Below the pieces are notes generated by a model. It had not been told where the DNA came from. It ran no database searches and worked only from the letters and a program-made list of their open reading frames with translations. The position numbers and the translations under genes are program-made. This document shows, in pieces, positions 17,331-26,000 of a stretch of 57,066 nt of DNA (position 1 is the stretch's first letter; every line of letters begins with the position of its first letter). This stretch comes from Patescibacteria group bacterium (lineage in GTDB: Bacteria; Patescibacteriota; Minisyncoccia; 2-02-FULL-40-12), in assembly GCA_038062015.1 (NCBI GenBank), contig JBBTXZ010000004.1, forward strand, positions 1 through 57,066, read 5' to 3'.

Positions 17331-17458
17331 TTCGTAAGTAATTATTGCATATAAAGTGCTGTTTTTAGGTGTTTTTCAACCTATATATTTATTATACACC
17401 CAAACAATATACTTGTCAAATGCCAATATTGATTCTCTGTTCTACTATAAAAAGCGAA

Positions 17459-18406
17459 ATGATCATCTTCCTCTACGGTCAAAATTCATACAGCTTAATT
17501 CAGTATGTTAATCAGTTTTTGGATCGCTACCGGAAAAAGTATCCGGAAAGCTTTAATCTGCATCGGTTTGATTTGGAAGAAGATGATCCGGCGGAAATTG
17601 AGAACGCAATCAAAGGTATTTCTTTTTTCAACGAAGTCAAATTCGTGGTCATCAAGAATCCGATGGCTAAATCCGCGGTGCTGGAAAAAATTCTGAAAGA
17701 AAATAATATCGCCGGACAAAAAGATACAGTCTTGCTTCTTTACCAAAGCGGATCAGCCGAAGATATAAAAAAGAAAAATGAAAAACTTTTCGAGCGCCTC
17801 AAAAAAGAATCTCAAATCAAAGAATTCAAAGCGCCGACGACTCAAGCGGCCGATAAATTTGCGGCGGATTATCTAGCCAAACATAAAATTTCAATTAAAA
17901 AAGAAGCGGCGGCCAAACTGATTAAAGAAACCAGCTTTGATTTTTGGCGTCTGAAAAACGAGCTTGATAAGATAATCTTTTTCGTCAAGAAAGAGAAAAA
18001 AATAAATATAGACGAAGAAGATGTAATTAAACTGGTTAATTTCAAAATTGACCATAACATTTTTGATATCATAGACGCCGCTTTTTCAAATCAGGCCAAA
18101 GCGCTGATTCTTTTTGAAAATTTCCTGACTGACGGCGGCGACCCGCTTTATCTTCTTTCAATGGTTGCTTTTCAATTAAGAAATATGTTAATAGTCCGGG
18201 AATTAATGGACAAAAACTGGCAATATGGCCAAATTCTAAAAAAAACCGGGATGCACCCGTTTTTTTTCAAAAAAAATTACGAAGCGGCGAAAAAATACCC
18301 GCTTAACGACTTGAAGAAAATTTTCCAAAAAACAGCTGATTTTGAAATCGCCCTGAAAACCGGCCAAGCCGAACCGGAAAATATTTTCTTCAAAATTTTT
18401 CTATAA
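17459..18406 (+). CDS. holA: DNA polymerase III delta subunit
   Basis: MIIFLYGQNSYSL start and the overall HolA pattern. The upstream part of the ORF from 17369 is unlikely to be coding. Confidence 0.75.
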   Translation: MIIFLYGQNSYSLIQYVNQFLDRYRKKYPESFNLHRFDLEEDDPAEIENAIKGISFFNEVKFVVIKNPMAKSAVLEKILKENNIAGQKDTVLLLYQSGSAEDIKKKNEKLFERLKKESQIKEFKAPTTQAADKFAADYLAKHKISIKKEAAAKLIKETSFDFWRLKNELDKIIFFVKKEKKINIDEEDVIKLVNFKIDHNIFDIIDAAFSNQAKALILFENFLTDGGDPLYLLSMVAFQLRNMLIVRELMDKNWQYGQILKKTGMHPFFFKKNYEAAKKYPLNDLKKIFQKTADFEIALKTGQAEPENIFFKIFL

Positions 18407-18431
18407 TGGTTCGACGAACTCACCACTTACG

Positions 18432-19970
18432 ATGGATTATTTGAAAATCGGCAAAGCCAATGAACTAACCAACAAAAAAGACCGGATGATTTATCGGTCT
18501 TTTGAAATTCTGCCAGGCTTCCTTGCCTGGTCAAGCATCGGCCTTTTAATTCTTTTGTCTTTTATAAAGCCATTTTGGATGGCGGTTTTCATAATCGCCT
18601 TTGACCTATACTGGCTCATCAGAATCGCTTATTTTTATTCTCATCTGGCTGCGGCCTTCGGAATGATGAAAAAAGTTAAAAAAACCGACTGGCATGAAAA
18701 GCTGAAATCAGAGAATCTGGCCTGGCAGGAAATATATCATCTAGTCTTCCTCCCCTTTTACAAAGAAAACGAGGAGATAATTACTCCGTCAATTGAAGCT
18801 TTGGCTGATTCCAATTACCCAATCAGGGAAAAAATGATTGTGGTTTTAGCGAGAGAAGCCAGGGCCGGCCAAGAGACTCAAAAAATTTCCCAAAAAATAG
18901 AAGAAAAGTATGGAAATAAATTTTTCAAGTTTTTAGCCACAGAGCACCCAAAAGATATCCCCGGCGAATTGGCCGGCAAAGGTTCGAACACGGCCTGGGC
19001 CGGAAAAAAAGCAAAAGAATTAGTTGATCAGCTTAATATTCCTTATGAAAATATAATCGCATCTTCCTTTGATATTGATACGGTTACTCCGCCGGATTAT
19101 TTCAGCCGCCTGACTTATGTTTACCTTACTACCGAGGACCGGCTTCACGCTTCTTATCAACCGGTCCCGCTTTATTTTAACAATATCCGGGAAGCGCCTT
19201 TTCTTTCAAGAATCGCCGCGTTCTCCACCACTTTCTGGGCTCTTTTGAATCAGGAAAGGCCGAAAAGGCTTAAAACCTTTTCCAGCCACTCAATGCCTTT
19301 TCAAGCCTTGGTTGACGTTGATTTCTGGATGACCGATATTGTCACCGAAGACAATGTCATCTTTTTCCAATGCTTCTTAAAATACGACGGCAATTACCGG
19401 GTTATCCCGTTATATTTTCCGGTTTATATGGATGCCAATGTCAGCGAAAGTTTCTACGAGACGGCGGCTAATGTTTACCGCCAGCACCGCCGTTGGGGCT
19501 GGGGCGTAGAAACAATCCCTTACATGCTTTTTGGATTTTTAAAAAACAAAAAAATTCCGGTCCGGAAAAAAATAGCCCAGAGCTTTGACTATATTGAAAG
19601 CTTCTGGTCCTGGTCAACTAATTCTTTCATTATCGCAATATTTGGCTGGCTGCCCGGCATTGCCGGCGGGATAGAATTTAAAACAAGTATCCTGGCCCTT
19701 AATCTTCCTGATGTCGCCGGTGGAATCGGAAGTTTCGCCATGATTTTTTTGGTTTTTTCCGCCTTTTTTTCCATTAACCTTCTTTTGCTGAAAACGGAAG
19801 GTTATAAAAAAAGACAATTTGTCTGGCTGGCCCTACAATGGCTTTTCACTCCTTTGGTAATGACAACTTTAATCGCCATTCCGGCTCTCGACGCCCAAAC
19901 CCGGCTCATGTTCGGAAAATATATGGGCTTCTGGAATACGCCAAAATACCGGAAAAACTATTCAAAATGA
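18432..19970 (+). CDS. family 2 processive glycosyltransferase-like integral membrane protein
   Basis: Multiple TM helices flank a cytoplasmic GT domain. QHRRW matches the QxxRW motif. Confidence 0.7.
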   Translation: MDYLKIGKANELTNKKDRMIYRSFEILPGFLAWSSIGLLILLSFIKPFWMAVFIIAFDLYWLIRIAYFYSHLAAAFGMMKKVKKTDWHEKLKSENLAWQEIYHLVFLPFYKENEEIITPSIEALADSNYPIREKMIVVLAREARAGQETQKISQKIEEKYGNKFFKFLATEHPKDIPGELAGKGSNTAWAGKKAKELVDQLNIPYENIIASSFDIDTVTPPDYFSRLTYVYLTTEDRLHASYQPVPLYFNNIREAPFLSRIAAFSTTFWALLNQERPKRLKTFSSHSMPFQALVDVDFWMTDIVTEDNVIFFQCFLKYDGNYRVIPLYFPVYMDANVSESFYETAANVYRQHRRWGWGVETIPYMLFGFLKNKKIPVRKKIAQSFDYIESFWSWSTNSFIIAIFGWLPGIAGGIEFKTSILALNLPDVAGGIGSFAMIFLVFSAFFSINLLLLKTEGYKKRQFVWLALQWLFTPLVMTTLIAIPALDAQTRLMFGKYMGFWNTPKYRKNYSK

Positions 19971-22072
19971 ATCTTCCTGTTGAATTCGGCCAATTTTTCT
20001 GAGATCAGGGGATATTTGTTTAAATTTTTTAAAATCAGCCTGGCTTCGGCCCGGGCTTGTTTAATTAAAACCATATCAGCCAAAGAAGCCATGGCTAAAT
20101 CAGGAATTCCAGATTGTCTGGTACCGATGAATTCTCCGGGGCCGCGTATTTTCAAATCCATCTCGGCCAGTTTGAAGCCGTCATTAGTTTTAAGTAATGC
20201 TTCTAGACGTCTAGTTGAACCAACCAGAGGCGATTCGGTGAATAAAATGCAATAACTTTTGTGGGAGCTACGGCCGACCCGGCCCCGGAACTGATGAAGC
20301 TGGGCCAGACCGAATCGCTCCGCCCCTTCAATCATCATAATCGCGGCGTTAGGCACATCCACACCGACTTCAATGACCGAGGTTGAAACCAAAATGTCAC
20401 TCTCTCTGTTTTTGAATTTCGCCATTATTTCCTCTTTTCCCTTTGATTTCATTTTCCCGTGAAGCATTGCTACTCTCAAATCCTTGAAGATTTCTTCCGA
20501 CAATTTTTTGTATTCGGCTTTAACGGCTTTAACCTCGTATTTCAGATAATCTTTTAAGGTAAGCTGTCTCTCTTTTTTGGAATTTTGGATTTGGGATTTG
20601 TTTAGAATTTCGGATTTAGGATTTAGGATTTCTATGCGCGGGCATATCACGAAAACCTGCCTTCCGGATTTTACTTGTTCTCTAATAAATTCATAAGCCT
20701 TTTCACGCTCATCCGGCGGAATCAATTTTGTCTCAATCGGCGTCCGGCCTTTAGGGAGCTCGTTTAAAATCGAGATATCCAAGTCGCCGTAAACGGTCAA
20801 AGCCAGAGTCCGAGGGATGGGCGTGGCCGTCATGGATAAAAGATGCGGCATAAAATCAGGGTTATTTTTTAACAAAGTTGCTCTCTGTTCAACGCCGAAA
20901 CGGTGCTGCTCATCAATCACGACCAAAACCAGATTTTTAAAACCTACATCTTTCTGAATAAGGCTGTGGGTGCCGACGACAATATCCGCCAAAATTCCTT
21001 CGCCTTTGGTTCCAGAAGAAGTCAAAAGCCCTATTTTAACATCGAAATCTTTTAGCATTTTTGAAAACGTCTGGAAGTGCTGATTGGCCAAAACTTCGGT
21101 TGGAGCCATTACTGCGGTTTGATAACCGGCCAAAGCCGCTTCCAAAGCCGCGGCCGCGGCCACCACGGTCTTGCCTGATCCGACATCGCCGTTTAGGAGC
21201 CTATTCATCGGATAGGGTTTTTCCAAATCCTTGATTATCTCCCACAAAGCGATTCTCTGGGCGCCGGTCAGATCATATGGCAAAGAAGAAACGAAGTTTT
21301 TGATAATTTCTTGATTAAACTTCACGGCTACAGCTTTTTGCTGCTTGATTTTTTTTCTCTCACTTAAAGTCTTTAATTGAAGCAAAAACAGCTTGTCAAA
21401 AGCAAAACGCCTTCTGGCATCTTCGGCTTTTTCAAGAGTTGAAGGAAAGTGAATTTCATTTAAAGCCGTTTTAACCTCGTAAAGCTTTTGTCTTTCCAGA
21501 AGATCTTTCGGCAAAAATTCCGGCGCTTGACCGGAAAATTTTAAAAGCGGCTTGATTAAAAAGCGAAGATATCTTGAGGTCAGGCCTTCAGTCTCGGGAT
21601 AAATCGGAATCAATCCAGCCGTATGCTTCAATTTAAAGGCTGGAGGCTGGAAACTGGAAGCTGGAAATTTTATAATTTCATAAGCCGGATTTTGCAAATA
21701 TACTCCGTACTTATCCAACTTCACTTTGCCGGAAACACTGATTAATTTCCCCGGCTTTATTGAATTAACCAAAAAGGGCTGGTTATACCAAACCGCATTT
21801 ACTTTGCCGGTTTCATCTTCAATTGAAGCTCTGGTTAATACGATTCTTCTCGGAAAAATTCTTTTATTCTCAATACTGACGACTTTCCCGATCAAAGAAA
21901 TTTTTTCGTTCGGCTTTACATCTTCCACTTTCCCGCGATCACGCCAATCTTCATAGCGCTGGGGGAAGTGCCAAAGAAGATCCTTGACTGTTTTGATGCC
22001 TAACTTGCGGAGCTTCGGCAGATAATTTTTCCCGACATATCTTAAACTTTCAACCGGAGTATTCAAATACAT
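19958..22072 (-). CDS. recG: ATP-dependent DNA helicase RecG
   Basis: Wedge/OB N-terminus. GDVGSGKT. VIDEQHRFG. QLHQFRGRVGR. Confidence 0.95.
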   Translation of the reverse strand: MYLNTPVESLRYVGKNYLPKLRKLGIKTVKDLLWHFPQRYEDWRDRGKVEDVKPNEKISLIGKVVSIENKRIFPRRIVLTRASIEDETGKVNAVWYNQPFLVNSIKPGKLISVSGKVKLDKYGVYLQNPAYEIIKFPASSFQPPAFKLKHTAGLIPIYPETEGLTSRYLRFLIKPLLKFSGQAPEFLPKDLLERQKLYEVKTALNEIHFPSTLEKAEDARRRFAFDKLFLLQLKTLSERKKIKQQKAVAVKFNQEIIKNFVSSLPYDLTGAQRIALWEIIKDLEKPYPMNRLLNGDVGSGKTVVAAAAALEAALAGYQTAVMAPTEVLANQHFQTFSKMLKDFDVKIGLLTSSGTKGEGILADIVVGTHSLIQKDVGFKNLVLVVIDEQHRFGVEQRATLLKNNPDFMPHLLSMTATPIPRTLALTVYGDLDISILNELPKGRTPIETKLIPPDEREKAYEFIREQVKSGRQVFVICPRIEILNPKSEILNKSQIQNSKKERQLTLKDYLKYEVKAVKAEYKKLSEEIFKDLRVAMLHGKMKSKGKEEIMAKFKNRESDILVSTSVIEVGVDVPNAAIMMIEGAERFGLAQLHQFRGRVGRSSHKSYCILFTESPLVGSTRRLEALLKTNDGFKLAEMDLKIRGPGEFIGTRQSGIPDLAMASLADMVLIKQARAEARLILKNLNKYPLISEKLAEFNRKIHFE
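20579..20634. repeat. about 8 imperfect tandem heptamers (GGATTTN family) inside recG
   Basis: ggaattt tggattt gggattt gtttaga atttcgg atttagg atttagg atttcta. Encodes EILNPKSEILNKSQIQNSKK. Confidence 0.75.
21639..21666. repeat. heptamer tandem array GCTGGAG/GCTGGAA/ACTGGAA/GCTGGAA inside recG
   Basis: Read directly. Same unit as in mutM and, inverted, in the 4073 gene. Confidence 0.85.
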
Positions 22073-22103
22073 GATTACCCCTTATTTATCACAAAATTAC
22101 AGA

Positions 22104-22130
22104 AATCAAAAACCGCCTAGGCGGTTTTTG
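22104..22130 (-). terminator. Rho-independent terminator after tRNA-Arg
   Basis: AAAAACCGCC-TA-GGCGGTTTTT. Confidence 0.75.
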
Positions 22131-22134
22131 ATGT

Positions 22135-22211
22135 TGGCGTCCCCGGCGTGACTCGAACACGCAGTCTTTTGCTCCGCAAGCAAATGCTTTTTCCAATTAA
22201 GCTACGGGGAC
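22135..22211 (-). tRNA. tRNA-Arg (anticodon GCG), CCA encoded
   Basis: Hand-folded cloverleaf: GTCCCCG/CGGGGAC acceptor, anticodon stem TTTGC/GCAAA with loop TTGCGGA, T-arm GCGTG-TTCGAGT-CACGC, then G-CCA. Confidence 0.85.
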
Positions 22212-22889
22212 TTATAACCCAAGCTTTCTCCTCAACCAATCCTCCAGTCCTTCTTCGTGCCTTTTTTCCGGCAGATACGGCATCAAGGCCCCGCGGATTT
22301 CAAGAGGATCCTGATCTTTAAGAGAAACTTTGATGTAGTGATTCAAGAACCGGCCGGTGCACAAACTCAACTCATGAAAGCCGTCTGGACGATGATGAAT
22401 CCAGAAAGAATCCAAGTCATGATAGTGGTAGAACTCGCCGCCGACGAAAATGCCGTGAGGATGAATTTCATATTGATGATGAACTGCTTCCCGCCAGAAA
22501 TGCATTGAAGTCACCAAAGCCAAAGCAAAAAAAGTTATTCCGGTGAGAATGCTTCCCTGCCAAAACAAAGCCACGAAAGCCATCGCCGCCAAAATAATGA
22601 TTATCCATTTTCTCAAAGCGTGGCTGATAAGTTCATGGTGTTTGTCCGGCGCGGTCCAAGCTAAAGAAGCAGAAGTAAATGTCGCAAGCGGAGCCATGTC
22701 TCCTGCATTATTCGGAATCGTCTCTTCTTTGTCAAATCTTTCAGACACTTCTGGATGCTCAAAAAAATCTTCCTCTCCCCTTGTCGGCTCTGATTCGGTC
22801 ACGGAATCACCACTCAAAATATCGCTCACCGAATGGTCATTGTTTAATTTCCTATTCTTTGGATTTTTCAAATCCAAAACGCTGGACAT
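22212..22889 (-). CDS. membrane protein, acidic N-terminus, two TM helices, PH-like C-terminal part; function unknown
   Basis: ORF with hydrophobic segments WIIIILAAMAFVALFW and ILTGITFFALALVTSM. Confidence 0.55.
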   Translation of the reverse strand: MSSVLDLKNPKNRKLNNDHSVSDILSGDSVTESEPTRGEEDFFEHPEVSERFDKEETIPNNAGDMAPLATFTSASLAWTAPDKHHELISHALRKWIIIILAAMAFVALFWQGSILTGITFFALALVTSMHFWREAVHHQYEIHPHGIFVGGEFYHYHDLDSFWIHHRPDGFHELSLCTGRFLNHYIKVSLKDQDPLEIRGALMPYLPEKRHEEGLEDWLRRKLGL

Positions 22890-22944
22890 TAGATTAATTA
22901 TAACTTATTTTTAGATAGTAAAGAACAAGAATTATTCACTTTTC

Positions 22945-23015
22945 GGGCCCGTAGTATAGTGGCAATACACCGCATTCGCATTGCGGAGACGGCAGTCCAA
23001 TTCTGCCCGGGTCCA
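22945..23015 (+). tRNA. tRNA-Ala (anticodon CGC), no encoded CCA
   Basis: Acceptor GGGCCCG/CGGGTCC with a G3:U70 pair. Anticodon loop TTCGCAT. T-arm GGCAG-TCCAATT-CTGCC, an atypical T-loop. Confidence 0.75.
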
Positions 23016-23018
23016 TAA

Positions 23019-26000
23019 ATGTCCGACGAACAAATTCTTAAAGACCTCAATCAAAACCAAATTGAAGCAGTCAAGGCCGTGGAGGGCCCTGTTTTAATTA
23101 TTGCCGGACCGGGCAGCGGGAAAACGGCCACCCTAACTCGCAGAGTCGCCTATATGATTTCTATAGAAATTAAACCAGAGAATATCTTATGTATTACTTT
23201 TACCAACAAGGCGGCGCAGGAAATGAAAGAAAGGATTCAGAATTTATTGGGCCGACTAACGGCAACGCCGTTAGTCGGCACTTTCCATTCAATCTGCGCA
23301 AAGATTTTGAGAAACGAAGCTAAAATTTTGGGATTCACCAAAAACTTCACGATCTATGACGGAGAAGATCAACTGAGCTTAATTAAAAAAACAATGGAAA
23401 CTTTGGGCTTCAGCCAGAAAAATTTTAATCCCTATTCAATTTTAAACAGAATCTCAAAATTAAAATCGGGGCTAGCCTATTCTGAAAGCTATGATTTCAG
23501 CGACGGCAATTATTACGAAAAAATAGTCGGCCAAATTTACAATGCTTACCAAAAAGAACTTAAAACTGCCAACGCCATGGATTTTGACGATTTGATTATG
23601 CTGACCGTGGAACTTTTTGAAAAGAATCCGCAGATTCTGAAAAAATACCAAAGCCAGTTTAAATATCTACTTGTAGATGAATGTCTGCCTTATAATACGC
23701 CTATTCTACTTGCCGATGGTTCAAAAAAAGTTATTGGAGATATTGTAAAAAATAAAGAATCTCTACCGGTACTGACTTACAATCTAAAAACTAGACAACA
23801 AGAATTAAAAAAAATAGTTGGCTGGAAAGAAATTCCGGCTAAAGGAAAAAGATTTTATAAAATAGTGGTGGCTAAAAGGTGCCATAAAAGAAACAGATAT
23901 AAAACAAAATATAAAAAGAGCACTATAAGAACACTGTTCTGCACAGATAACCATAAAATTTTTGCAAACGGTAAATTTGTAAAAACGGCCGAACTTAAAG
24001 TTGGGGATAGGCTACAATGGGAGTCCTCATTTACTAAGCCTAATATGAAATTCTGTAATAAATGTAAAAAGATTTTTCAAACTTATAAATTGCATGAGGC
24101 TAGACACGAAGCTTTTAAAAGAAAGAATTGCGAACTATGTGGGGTTGTATATAAAAGCAGATTTCAATTAAAAATCCATTTAGAAAAACATAAAAATCCA
24201 GAATTTAAAAGAAATTACTCATTAAGCCCTGCGGGATTATCGGTCCTCCAAAACAGAATGCTTACCGATAATCCAATGAATTATCCTGAAATTAAGGCGA
24301 AGGCTGGAAAATCTAGGAGTGATTTTTGGAAGAATCTGTCGCCCCAGGAAAGAGATGAAAAATTACAAAGATTTATCAATCTGCCCGTTTTTAGTTACTA
24401 TAAACCTCCAACAAAACCAGAAAAGATAATCCAATCTTTTGGATTTAACGACCTAATTTACTCTGGTAAAGGCAAAGTTTGGGTAACATTTAAAAACGGC
24501 CAGCATAAATGCCCAGATTTTATCTTAAAAAATCAGAGAAAGGTAATTGAAGTTGCTGACTTAGAATACTGGCATACAGAAGAAGAAATGAACCTTTTGA
24601 AAAACAGATATTCTCAAATAGGGTTTAAGACCTTGATATTAGACGCAAAAGAAGTGGTCGATTCACCGGATGAGATCAAAAAAGAAATACAAAAATTTAT
24701 AGAAGATTGCCCAACTGAAGTAGAAATTATTGATATAGAAAAATTAAAAAATGTAAATGAAAAGTTTGTATATGATATCGAAGTAGAAGACAATCATAAT
24801 TTTTATGCTAACGGAATTCTAGTCCACAATTGTCAAGATACTAATATTGCTCAATATCACTTTGCTAAATTACTTGCTCAAAAATACAGGAATATTTTTA
24901 CTGTCGGAGATGTTGATCAAAGCATCTATATGTGGAGGTCAGCCGATTTCCGGAATATGCTCAATTTTGAAAAGGATTTTCCGGAGGCAAAAATTATCCG
25001 GCTTGAACAGAATTATCGCTCAACCAAAGCAATACTCGCCGCCGGCCAAGGGCTGATTCAAAACAATATTTATCGTCACCAAAAAGGCCTCTGGACCGAA
25101 AACTCGGAGGGAGAAAAAATTTCTATTGCCCAGTTGGATGATGAAAAAGAAGAGTCGCGGTTTATCATTGAAAAAATGAAAAAGCTGATTCAGAAAGGAT
25201 ATAAACTTAAGGATTTTGTGATTCTCTACCGAACCCACGCCCAGTCGCGGCCGATTGAAGAAGAATTTTTGACTCAAGGCTTCCCTTACAAAATCATCGG
25301 CGCCTTAAAATTCTACGAAAGAAAAGAAATAAAAGACATCTTGGCTTATTTGAGAATCTTGGCTAACCCTAATGACTTTGTGAGTTTGCAGAGAATCTAC
25401 AATGTCCCAACACGAGGGATTGGGAAAGCTTCTTTTGTGCGATTCGCTGATTTTATGCGGAAGAATAAATTAAATTTGTCTGACGCACTATTAAAAGCAA
25501 AAGAAATAAAGGAGTTGCCGACCAAAGCCCGGTTCAGCCTGTACTCTTTCGGAAAAACATTAGAAAAGATGAAAGAAAAGGCAAAAGATTATGGACTGAC
25601 TAAACTGATAAAATTCATAGTCAGCGAAATCGGCTATAAAGAATATCTTGATACTAAAAGCGAAGAGGGATATATGCGCTGGGAAAACGTAAAAGAATTA
25701 TTAACCGTTGCAAAAAAGCACGACAAGCTCAAAACAAACGAAGCGATGAATAAATTTTTGGAAGAAGTGGCTCTGATTCAAGAAACCGACCCTATTAGAG
25801 CTAGAACCTCTAACGGGGCGGGCAATCTTGATGAAATTGATAAAGTTCAGTTAATGACTTTGCATTCGGCCAAGGGGCTTGAATTCCCGATTGTATTTTT
25901 GGTCGGCGCCGAAGAGGGATTACTGCCCCATTCAAAAAGTTTAAGTAATCCCATTGAACTGGAAGAAGAAAGGCGGCTCTGTTATGTCGGAATAACCAGA

